Assembly: GCF_963921235.1 (NCBI RefSeq)
Contig: NC_086108.1
Location: 62,250,001-62,314,000, forward strand
DNA length: 64,000 nucleotides
Reading direction: 5' to 3'
Source of the DNA: Mobula hypostoma
Taxonomy: Eukaryota
The notes under the pieces are model-generated. The model saw only the letters and a list, made by a program, of their open reading frames with translations. It made no database searches and was not told where the DNA came from. Shown here piece after piece: positions 12,672 through 22,900 of the stretch; the stretch's first letter is position 1; every line of letters begins with the position of its first letter. Position numbers and translations under genes: made by a program.

Positions 12672-13366
12672 TAACATGAAAGAGGGACAAGGGGATGGGA
12701 AATGGTGAAGTGGGGTGGGGTGGAAGTATTACTGGAAGTTTGTGGAATTGCCAAGCATCTATGCTCCATCCACCAGAACAAGCAGGATCTCCCAGTGAAC
12801 CACCCATTTTAATTCCACTTCCCATTCCCATTCCCATTCCGATATGTCCATCCATGGCCTTCTCCACTGACAGGATAAGATCACTCTTTCCTTGGAGGAA
12901 CAACACCTTATATTTCGTTTGGGTAGCCTCCAACCTGATGGCATAAACATGGATTTCTCAGACTTCCAGTAATGCCTCCCTACCCCTTCACCATTTCCTA
13001 TCCTCCTGTCCCTCTCTCATGTTATCTCCTTGCCTGCCCATTACCTCCCTCTGGTGCTTCTCCCTCCCCCTGCCTCCCTTTCTTCTTTCTTCCATGTCCT
13101 TCTGTCTCTTTCACCAATCAGATTCCTAGCTCTTTGCTTCACCCCTCCCCCTCCCAGTTTCAGGTATCGCCTGGTGTTTCTGTCTCCCCTTGCCCCACCT
13201 TTCTAATCTACTCCTCAGCTTTCTTTCTCCAATCCTGTTAAAAGGTTTCGGCCTGAAATGTCGACTGTACTTTTTTCCATAGATGCTGCCTGGTCTGCTG
13301 GGTTTCTCCAGCACTTTATATGTGTTGCTCAGATTTCTAGCATCTGCAGATTTTCTCTTGTTTGTA
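12672..13366 (+). mobile_element. Older PLE 3' fragment with GIY-YIG remnant, decayed hammerhead and a short inverted arm
   Basis: LEEQHLIFRLGSLQPDGINMDFS-like coding at about 12890-12960; decayed core CTGTTAAAAGGTTTCGGCCTGAAATGTCGACT at about 13235-13266; 12672-12748 is an inverted copy of about 12953-13024. Confidence 0.75.
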
Positions 13367-13534
13367 ATAATAGAACCAAATTCTGATTCTGATTCACTTC
13401 TGGCAGGATTTCCTAAAACATAGGATAGGTTCACAAAGCATATTCATAGCTAAACGTCCTAGATGTTTTTGAAAAACCCTGTGTAGCCAATTTGAGATGA
13501 AATATCACAATGGGACTACTTGACAATTTATTAT

Positions 13535-13715
13535 CAGAGTACAGTTATATCAACCCTGAGATTCATTTTCCTGAGGACATACTCAGCAAATCTATAGAAT
13601 AGTAACTGTAATTGGATCAATGAAAGATCAAGTAGCATGCAGAAGACAACAAACTGTGCAAATGCTAGTATAAAGAGCGAGAACATGAAATAACAAGGTA
13701 GAGTCCTTAAAGTGT
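13535..13715 (-). mobile_element. Rex1/Babar 3' UTR fragment
   Basis: caaccctgagattcattttc...gaagacaacaaactgtgcaaat, shared with the other Rex tails in the window. Confidence 0.6.
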
Positions 13716-13855
13716 ATTTACAAGTAGCAACCAAATCCCTAAAAGAATACAAAAGCAACAGGGATCAATGTAGATATGTTTACTACCTGAGAACAGTGAG
13801 TAAATTTCAAAAATACGTAATTAACTGTAGAACCGTTCGGATGTCCTGAGAGAGA

Positions 13856-15270
13856 AGTTCAGAATCAGAATCAGATTTAGTATCACTGGCATATGTCGTG
13901 AAATGTGCTAACTTTATGGCAGCAGTACAATGAAATACATGAGAAATAAATATTGAGAAAAAAACTGAGTTACATTAAGTATATGTATTAAAATAAGTAG
14001 TGCAAAAGAAAAGCAGAAATAAAAATGTAGAGTAGTGTTCATGGGTTCAATGTCTATTTAGAAATCAGATGCCTGAGGGAGGGAAGCTGTTCCTGAATCA
14101 CTGAGTGGGTGCCTTCAGGTTTCTGTACCTCCTTTCTGATGGTAACAGTGTGAAGAGGGCATGTTCTGGGTGGTGGGCATCCTTAATTCCTTTATGATGG
14201 ACGCCGCCTTCCTAAGGCACCGCTCCTTCAAGATGTCTTGGATACTATGGAGTCTAGTAGCCATGATGGAGCAGACTAATTTTACAAGTTTCTGCAACTT
14301 ACTTTGGTCTTGTACAGTAGCCCGCCCCCCCCGCCACCATAACAAACAATGTTGCGGCCTGACAGAATGCTTTCCACGGTACATTTGTCAAAGTTTTTGA
14401 ATGTTTCGGTTGACAAACCAAATCTGCTCAGACTCCTAATTAAGTATAGCTGCTGTCTTGCCTTCTTTATAGCTGCATCGATATATTGCATCCAGATTAT
14501 GTTCTTAGAGATATTGACACCTAGGAACTTGAAATTGCTCTCTCCCTCCACTTCGGATCCCTCTATGAGGATTGGTTTGTGTCCCCTTGTCTTACCCTTC
14601 CTGAAGTCCACAATCAGCTGTTTGGTTTTGCTGACATTGAGTGCAAGGTTGTTTCTGCGACACCACTCCACTCACTGGTATAGCTCACTTCTGTACGTCC
14701 TCTCGTCACCACCCTAAATTCTGCCAGCAATGGTTGTATCATCAGCAAATTTACAGGTGGAATTTGAGCTATGCCTAGCCACACAGTCGTGGTGTAAAGA
14801 GAGCAGAGCAGTGGGCTAACCACACGTCTCTGCGGTGTGCCAGTGTTGATTGTCAGCGAGGTGGAGATGTTACTTCCAATCAGCACAGATTTTGGTCTTC
14901 CGGTTAGGAAGTCGAGGATCCAATTGCAGAGGGAGGTACAAAGGCTCTGTAGCTTTTTGGTCAGGACTATAGGAATGATAGTGATAAACACTGAGCTATA
15001 GTCAATAATCAGCATCCTGACCTAGATATTTGCATTGCCCAGGTGACCCAAGGCTGCATGGAGAGCCAATGGGATCGTGTCTGCTGTAGACCTATTGTAG
15101 CAATATGCAAATTCCAGTGGGTTCAGGTCCTTCCAGAGACAGATGTTGATTCTAGTCATGACCAGCCTCTCAAAGCATTTCATCGCTGTAGGTGTGAGTG
15201 CTACTGGATGATAGTTGTTGAGGCAGCTCATGCTGCTGTTCTTGGGAACTTGGATAATTGTTGCCCTTTA
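13856..15270 (-). mobile_element. Rex1/Babar LINE fragment (RT region and 3' tail)
   Basis: [69 protein letters not shown]; frameshifts; (TTCTGA)n tail. Confidence 0.9.
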
Positions 15271-15624
15271 AAAGTTAAGCCAAGGCCTTTGCTTCTATAA
15301 AGGCAATGTAACATCTAGATACATGTCACACAATTTAGAAATGAAATACATCTTCCATAAAGGCTTACTTACTTATTTTTGTGGTTCCAAAAAAGAAACA
15401 GCTGCTGAATAGAATTCTAAAGTAGCTTATATCTCCTATTCAGATGCAACCTTATTTAACAATTCCATGCTAACTGTTTAAATTAATTTGTGCCTTTACC
15501 TCAACTGAACTATATTGTTAAATAGGCAAACACGAGGAAATCTGCAGGTGATGGAAATTCAAGCAACACTCACAAAAATGCTGGTGAATGCAGCAGGCCA
15601 GGCAGCATCTATCGGAAGAGGTAC

Positions 15625-15660
15625 AGTCGACGTTTCAGGCCGAGACCCTTCGTCAGGACG
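15625..15660 (-). ncRNA. Minimal hammerhead ribozyme motif
   Basis: CGTC-CTGACGA-AGGGTCTCGGCCT-GAAAC-GTC-GACT. Confidence 0.75.
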
Positions 15661-16148
15661 AACTGAAAGAAGAGATAGTAAGAGATTTGAAAGTGGGAGG
15701 GAAAGGTGGAGATCCGAAATGATAGGAGAAAACAGGACGGGGAGGGATGGAGCTAAGAGCTTGAAAGTTGATTGGCAAAAGGGATACAAAGCTGGAGAAG
15801 GGAGAGGATCATGGGATGGGAAGCTTAGGGAGAAAGAAAGGGGGAGGGGAGCCCAGAGGATGGAGAGCAGGCAAGGAGTTATAGTGAGAGGGACAGAGGG
15901 AGAAAAAAGAGAGAGAGAGAGAAAGAAAGGGGAAAAAACAATAATAAATAAATAAATAAGGGATGGGGTACGATGGGGAGGAGGGGCATTAACGGAAGTT
16001 AGAGAAGTCAATGATCCTCTCTTCTCCAGCCTTGTATCCCTTTTGCCAATCAACTTCCCAGCTCTTAGCTCCATCCCTCCCCCTCCTATCATTTCGGATC
16101 TCCCCCTCCCTCCCACTTTCAAATCTCTTACTATCTCTTCTTTCAGTT

Positions 16149-16184
16149 AGTCCTGACGAAAGGTCTCAGCCCGAAATGTCGACT
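16149..16184 (+). ncRNA. Minimal hammerhead ribozyme motif, partly mutated
   Basis: AGTC-CTGACGA-AAGGTCTCAGCCC-GAAAT-GTC-GACT. Confidence 0.6.
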
Positions 16185-16439
16185 GTATCTCTTCCTATAG
16201 ATGCTGCCTGGCCTGCTGTGTTCACCAGCATTTTTTGTGTGTATATTGTTAAATACTCTGACTGAAATATTTTCTTAAATATCTCTATTTTTTTCAGCAG
16301 AGCTTTCGGGTGCATACATCCTAACAAGGAATGGATTGTTCCTTTATTGAAGCTTCCAATGAACATTGCATTTTTTGCCTTTGAAGTGTATCCTGAAACT
16401 TCCTGGGAGACTTACTTTATGCATTATCTATTTTATATA

Positions 16440-16510
16440 CAGTACTGTGCAAAAAACTTAGGCAACCTAATTATATATATATATGTAACTAAGACTTTTG
16501 CACAGTACTG
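16440..16510. mobile_element. 71-bp Tc1/mariner-type mini-MITE
   Basis: TA|CAGTACTGTGCAAAAAACTTAG...CTAAGACTTTTGCACAGTACTG|TA. Confidence 0.8.
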
Positions 16511-16989
16511 TATGTGTCACATGTTTTACATGTCACAGATATACTGTGAGAATATGTCTGGTATGAGAATATGTAAAAATGGTGTACAAATATTTTGTTG
16601 GTGGCATGGGGAATAGAACAGGGATGGGTGTCCATTTTGCATGGATATAAACAAAACCATTTTCACTAGATACCATTTATCATCACTTTGGTTCTTATCA
16701 AACCTTACAGGCTCACCATCTTTATTTACAAAATCTTTATTCCATTAACCCATTTGGTCTCAGCCTGTCCATGATGTACCCTTTGTCCTTTCTGTTACTC
16801 CCACTTCCACCCTGTTCCTTCTCCCTTTCCCCATTTCAATAAGGTTTCTCAGGAAACATTACCTCTTTCTCTTTCTAGAGATAGTTGATGACCGGTGTCT
16901 TCTACTGGAAGATGCTAAATGGTGTGATTTCACAGGGCTTATTATCTTTCCCTTATGTTGTACATAATATTGACTGTTTTAAGATTATG

Positions 16990-17850
16990 GGGTATAATAA
17001 AGAGGATTACAAATGATACAAGAATTGGCCATGTGGACAAAAGCTTTAGACTGCTGAAGTATGTAGGTGATCTGCCCTGTCAGCTGGAAAAAAATGGTAA
17101 ATCCAATTCAGTGTGGATAAGTGTGAGGTAATGCATTTTCCAGGTCAACAATGCAAAGGAATATGTGTAAAATGGTAGGACAGAAAGTAGTGTGGAGAAA
17201 TCAAAGGAGCGTGGAGTGTATGTTCACAGATCCCTAATGTTTACATGATCGTGTGGTGGAAAGTGCACAAAATACCTTCCTTTATGAACCAAGGGCAGAA
17301 TATGAGAACAGACAGATTACACCAGATCTGTATGATACTTTGAACGCCACAACCTGAGTACAGTTTTGGATCATGGCATCGCAGGACAGGTTATTGGATT
17401 GGAAGTGATACAAAGGATGTTTTTTTCAGGATTGGATGGTGGTAGGAATGAGGGAAGAGTGGATAAATTGAGGTGTTTTGTTTTCTAAAGGTGAAATGTA
17501 ATTAACTATATAAAATTAGGACAAGTTGCTAAGGAAAGGTGTTAATGATAAGGCAAATAGGAATGACCTATTTCATTTTGTAATGAATTTAAACATCAGG
17601 ATTAAAGATTTAAAGTGAAGACATAGAATGGTCAAAAGAGACTCAAGGAGAAAGAAATCACCCCAAGTGTAATGGGGGCCTGGACCTCATTTCCTTGAAG
17701 CAGAAACCCACATTGTATTGACATGAAAGTATTCAAGTGTGTTTTGAGAAGCTGATGGCTGGGTTTGGCTGAAGCCTGGAAGGCACAAAAGATGATAGCT
17801 GAGTAGATAGTTCAAATGGGTCTCGTCTGTTTTTTAAATGTTCAACGATT
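16990..17850 (+). mobile_element. Highly decayed CR1 fragment
   Basis: gatgatacaagaattgg-like RT end; aattcagtgtggataagtgtgaggtaatgcatttt (FNxxKCEVMHF). Confidence 0.6.
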
Positions 17851-18399
17851 TACTTGTATTTAAAATTAGCTTAGGTTACTGCACAACTTGTTGCAGTATA
17901 ATCACAACGTTCATTTTTCATATGGAATACTGTAACTTGAATTGATTTATTAATTTCACGCATAGTTTTATCCTCTATACATCTCGGATGAAACGTATTT
18001 GTTTCAACACTATTATCGAGATGTTTTTAGTGTGCACTTAATGCTGAAAACTAGATGACAATAGAAGGGCGTTTCCAATGACACCAAGCAGAACAACACT
18101 GTTTAGGATTTGTTTCTGGTAACGTTTCAATGCTTGTTGGAATGCTAAAGTAGTACAGACGAGGGAAAAAATAGGAAAATTAGTTTACTGGTACAATAAT
18201 TTGTGGGCATTAAAATGACAAAAGCGTCACTTTGGCTGTGTTACGAGAGTTCAAATGGAAAGTCGGGCTCTGATATGCCGCTTGCTTTAACTGAAGCTTC
18301 TTGCCGGCTCCTTGAGGTGCTATGCAGGTGTGTTATTTTTAAGTTGTCTTTCGCAGCCAGGTTACTTCGAGCTGTCAGTCACACACTGCGCGGGACTTT

Positions 18400-18680
18400 T
18401 GATCGTCCCATAAAACCCCACCCACCTGGCGACCCCGAATGTGACATCACTCTTCCGCAAGTTCAGACGTTGAGATCACCACGTTTTCCATATTTGGAAA
18501 CAAACTTCCCACGTTCCTGACCGGGTGGTCTGGCACCAACTTTACGTCAGCACGTCTTCAGCACGCAAAGCCTTCCAGTGGCTTGGAGAAAGCGAATTAA
18601 AAACGCGCAAATTCCTTACATGGGAGTAACTCCCAGTCTAAACTAACGTGCTTCCCGGGCCTTTTATATTTGCATTGCAC
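18400..18680. promoter_or_regulatory. Candidate downstream immediate-early enhancer (CArG plus CRE/AP-1 sites)
   Basis: CpG-rich patch with TGACATCA 18442-18449, perfect CArG CCATATTTGG 18488-18497, TTACGTCA 18542-18549 and CArG-like CCTTACATGG 18614-18623. Confidence 0.55.
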
Positions 18681-20189
18681 TTAACAGAAACCTGAATGTA
18701 TTGTAGATCAATATTTCCGGCGTTATCACTGTTAGTACTTCAGTTTAAAGTAATCAATATTGGATGGTGTAACTTTCGGAGCGAAAATCTCACGATTGAG
18801 AGGACTCAAGCTGCAACAAGTTTCAGTGCTCACCTCAGATCTGGTACGGATTGGCTCATTTTAAATTACAGAGGTAACCTGAAATTTACAGGTTGGATAT
18901 GTTTTGTTTCTTTGTAGAGCCTCTGTGATTATTTGAGGCTAGCAACCGAATTTAATAGCTGATTTATGTTAAAAATCTTAGCTTCAAAGAACATTAGACT
19001 CCAATGGACGTGGCCTTGGAAATAAACACTTTCACTTTTTATGTAGTTATTGAAAGTTTAAAAAATACAATATGAGCAAACCAGACACTAGCTAGCTAAA
19101 CTATTTACATATTTTTTGGTGAGAAACGCGAAGTAATTACTGCTCCAACCACAAATTAGCATGGAGTTGAAATAATTAATATGTCTAAATAATATTGTGT
19201 CGTTTGATCCTTTGAAGACATTATTTTATCTTGGTTCCGGCAGGTTGAGGATTTCAAGTAATTATAATACTATTTGAATAAAACAGGTACTCTCAATCCA
19301 TAATGGGGGTACAGAATAGACCATAAAGAGGCACCTGTCAGATGTAGTAAATCTTACTTGAAACTGTTTTGAAATGAAACCCAGCCTTTTAAATTGCTCA
19401 TTTTTCCTATTTGTTTATATAGGGTAAATAATCCCAATCAACTGAAATTTAATTCACAAATAGAATATTTAAATTTCCCAAATGGTTGCGATTGATGATA
19501 TTCTCAACATTTTTTTCAGACCCTTTAGTTACCAAAAGTTTATTTGATAATTACTTCAATGAAAATCTGTTACAGCCCTTTATAGTTTCCAGTGCCCCAG
19601 CGTGGTTGTTACCGCAGACGTTCAGCCTTCACTGAGAGTTATCACTGCAGAGTTTAGTGTAACTATTCCGAGTTATAAGATTATAACTTTATTCATACTT
19701 TGTAACGACACCTTCCTCTCTGAATTGCAACTTTAAATACCGAAATTAATTTGACCCATTTCAGCTATTGTTAAAAACGGCAACAAATAGCATCCTGCTT
19801 ATTTTGCTAATAAGCTCCAACATCTTTAACTATCAACATTATTTAATTTGTATCAAATTTATAGCTTTTCCACCCCAAATACCATTTGAAATTAAAACGC
19901 GACCGTGTTATGAAGAACTTATGCAGATTGCGGTGCCTTATTGATACGACCTGTGAATACCACAGAAGTTTATAGGTCGTAAGTTGATTAGTTGCAACAA
20001 TAGGAAATAAATTTATTTTGAGTCAATGAGCGAGCATTGACTTTAGCACAAAAATAACGCGTGCCCTTTTTTTGCCACATCCAATTCTTTTCCCCTCCAA
20101 TATTAGTTAAGTAATTTCAATATTCAGATTGTGGTCATTGCAGTACAACCGCAAACACGAAATACAAAGAAGCTTAGAGCACAAAATGA

Positions 20190-20822
20190 ATGTCTTTTCA
20201 AATACTTTATTCATACGTTTTAAATATAATTGAACTTTTTCCAGAAGTTCTCAGAAACGAACATAAAAAATTATATACTTTATTACAAATGGTAAACTTA
20301 CAGTCCTCCAAATCTCTTATTTACACGAATATATTGGGGGTCTATCCCAATAAGCAACATAAAAAATAACTTACAAAGGCTATCGCTTGAAGCGGTTATG
20401 TTCTGTTGACAGAAAATGATTTTTTTCATAAAACAAAACATAGTCTATACATTTTTCAAGGCATGACGGCCTCAAAGCTTATAACCTCCCTTAACTCCCT
20501 CCCACGCCCTTCCCCACTTTATACTACATCAGAAGCGACCTATGCTATCGCACTTTTAAATTCGGTAATACTGGATGATCTGAACTGCTTCGGTCCATGC
20601 AAGACTTGGTCAAAGTAAATCAATGACTCGATATTTATGTTTTTCTTCTGCAAACGGCTTTTCAGTCATTCTGGGTTCTTTTTTTTACATCAAGCAGAGT
20701 CCTCCACGTTTTCCTCCGTGCATGTGCGCTCGGGCGCAATCAGGACTACTTCTGGCTTGATTTACTTAATGCAGTCCTCCTCGCATTTATTCACCAACTG
20801 TTTCTCCCTTTGCGCTCTTGAA
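20190..20822 (-). other. c-jun 3' UTR with a U-rich (non-AUUUA) instability region
   Basis: Minus-strand blocks TTTGTAAGTTATTT...GTAAATAAGAGATTTGGAG...AGTTTACCATTTGTAATAAAGTATATAATTTTTTATG resemble the mammalian JUN 3' UTR. Confidence 0.8.
20206..20284 (-). terminator. Two tandem AATAAA polyadenylation signals of jun
   Basis: TTTATT on the + strand at 20279-20284 and 20206-20211, followed on the minus strand by U/GU-rich sequence. Confidence 0.8.
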
Positions 20823-21779
20823 TCAAAACGTCTGCAGCTGCTGCGTTAGCATGAGTTGGCAGCCACTGTTTACGTGATTCATAACTTTCTGTTTCAGCTG
20901 GGCAACCTGTTCCCGTAGCAGGTTTGCCGTAGATGCCAGTTCAGAGTTCTGTGCCTTTAAGGTTTTAACTTTATCTTCCAGTCTGGCGATTCTCTCAAGT
21001 TTCCTCTTCCGGCACTTTGAGGCGGCAATGCGGTTTCTCATTCGCTTCCTCTCCGCCTTGATTCGCTCCTGAGACTCCATGTCAATAGGAGACAACGGAG
21101 GGGTCTCCCCGGGCATCTCGGGCACCGTCTGCGGTTCCTCCTTCAGGGCCTGGAGTCTGGGATGCTGAACAGGCATTTGAGGATTCATTGCATGATGCTG
21201 TGGCGTTGCATAGTTCATATTATTAGTATTGTAGTTAGGTTGAGTGGTGATGGTATTAGGATTAAAGTTATTGAGATTCGCGTACACGGGAGGCTCCTGG
21301 TGTAAATTTGAATTGTAAACAGTGCTTGCACTGGCCAGAGAGGCAGAGACTGCAATCGGCGTGTTCACAGACTGAGTTGAACATGTCACGCTAGGCAGAA
21401 TATTCTGTTTATGAAGTTCTTCTAGAGCTTTGACAAAACCTTCAGCGAAACCCTCCTGTTCGTCCGTAACATTCCTGGGGCACAGGAACTGGGTCGGCGT
21501 TGGGGTGGTTGTGATCAACCCGTTGCTAGACTGAATTATAAGACGTTCAAGTTCAGGTGATGCGAGTTTGAGAAGTCCCACGTCCGGAGACGTTAAGATA
21601 CCTTCACTATTCTTGTTCCTCAGATGCGGTTTCAAGTTGCTGGCTGGATCTGACAAGTTTAAAGTCATATTTTGTTTCAGCATTTTCGGACTATATCCAT
21701 AACCAGAATTTTCAGGCTGTGCAAAAGCTGCGTTGAGTGCATCGTCGTGGTAGAATGGTTGTTCCATCTTCGTAGACAT
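20823..21779 (-). CDS. jun: Transcription factor c-Jun (AP-1 subunit), intronless, 318 aa
   Basis: The ORF has the JNK-docking delta domain ([14 protein letters not shown]), the Ser63/Ser73-equivalent [27 protein letters not shown], the [17 protein letters not shown]3/FBXW7 motif, and a bZIP ([34 protein letters not shown]...) ending [18 protein letters not shown], the c-Jun-type C-terminus. Confidence 0.99.
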   Translation of the reverse strand: MSTKMEQPFYHDDALNAAFAQPENSGYGYSPKMLKQNMTLNLSDPASNLKPHLRNKNSEGILTSPDVGLLKLASPELERLIIQSSNGLITTTPTPTQFLCPRNVTDEQEGFAEGFVKALEELHKQNILPSVTCSTQSVNTPIAVSASLASASTVYNSNLHQEPPVYANLNNFNPNTITTQPNYNTNNMNYATPQHHAMNPQMPVQHPRLQALKEEPQTVPEMPGETPPLSPIDMESQERIKAERKRMRNRIAASKCRKRKLERIARLEDKVKTLKAQNSELASTANLLREQVAQLKQKVMNHVNSGCQLMLTQQLQTF

Positions 21780-22019
21780 AGAATACCGATGGAAAAAAAC
21801 TCTGGATGCGAAGTATTACAAAATAGAAATGTAGTAGAGTTTTTAAAGAGTTCAGATCTGCTTCCACGCAATCTGTTTTCCAACTCGCAAGTTCAGTAAT
21901 GTACTTTTAGAAGTCAGTTGATCTTCTCTTCAAAATCTGGAGTTATAACTGTTCTCAGTAAGAAAGCTCCCAGATCAAAAAGTGTGCAAACTACCAAGTT
22001 CCTTCTGCTTGTTTCACAC

Positions 22020-22260
22020 TCGACTCTGAGCACTTGCAGCGTGGGTCCCAGGCTTATCTGCAACTGGTAATACACCCGAAATAGCAATGATGTCATTTCG
22101 GCGGTTTCCAATTGGCTGGATATTACATATGGGCGTTTGAAAATTTGCATGTCGGGTTCGGTTTCTATAACAACACCCCAGAAGATTCTAACTTAACGCG
22201 GTGCACGACGGGCTGAGGTAATGCGAAAGCAGAGAGGATCATGGGATGACGTCTTTATTT
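22020..22260 (-). promoter_or_regulatory. c-jun proximal promoter, inferred TSS near 22030
   Basis: Minus-strand order: GCATTACCTCA (jun2, 22214-22221), CAGCCAAT (about 22111-22118), TGACATCA (jun1, 22088-22095), GCTATTTCGG (MEF2 position), GCAGATAAG (22053-22061), GCTCAGAGT (22023-22031). Order and spacing match the mammalian c-jun promoter as I recall it. Also an octamer ATTTGCAT (22143-22150) and CRE-like TGACGTCT (22247-22254). Confidence 0.85.
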
Positions 22261-22429
22261 TGAAGCTCTAGTTACCCGCTTTAAGGTGGATGTCAGCGGA
22301 ATGGCGGGAAGTGTTGTGAATATATTTATCGGCTTTTCCGAGAATTATTAGCATAACCCTCCTCCGCAGGGTCTGAAAGAACGAAAGATTTCACCCCAGC
22401 TGTTATTAAAATGATAATGATAATATTAG

Positions 22430-22900
22430 CCGGAAGGCCGGACTGAAGAGTTAAAATAGCGTTTAAGGCGATTATAGACTGGCGTGGTTTTGGCCAATAG
22501 AAGTATGGCTAGGGATGACGGTCCACCAATCGGAAGTGCCAGGAGGCGGGAGGCGCTTGCTTGGCAGGTCTGTTCGCACCGCGCTCTGCCACTTGTGGAC
22601 TTTTCGGAGCGTTAGTAACCAACCCTCGCGCACCGATTGTCAGCCGGCGGGCTCGAGGGGCAACGGTAAATCTTGGTGGCCTCGACGGGCGGCTGGAGGA
22701 ACGAATAGGAGGACGCTGGTGGTGGGAATCCACCAATAGCTGCGACGCGGAGGCGGGTCTCCCGGGGAGGCGTGGGGGTGGTGGAGGAAGCGGCTGTGTT
22801 GACCTAAAGTTGACCGTCTGAGCTTGTGAAATGGATCTGAGTTCGTGTTATCTGGGTCCGAGCCTCTGGTCACAGTTGGTGTTTGCTTGGTCACTTTCAG
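22430..22900 (+). promoter_or_regulatory. CpG/GC-rich island upstream of jun; candidate divergent promoter
   Basis: High CpG density; plus-strand CCAAT at 22494-22498, 22526-22530 and 22733-22737; ETS CGGAAGTG 22531-22538; GGCGGG; half-CRE TGACG 22516-22520. Confidence 0.6.

Larger units (their letters stand above)
15525..16241. mobile_element. Palindromic PLE 3'-end insertion
   Basis: Left arm 15525 to about 16013 (minus), right arm about 16011-16241 (plus); same family as 5825-6874. 14-bp TSD TATATTGTTAAATA at 15511-15524 and 16242-16255. Confidence 0.85.
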
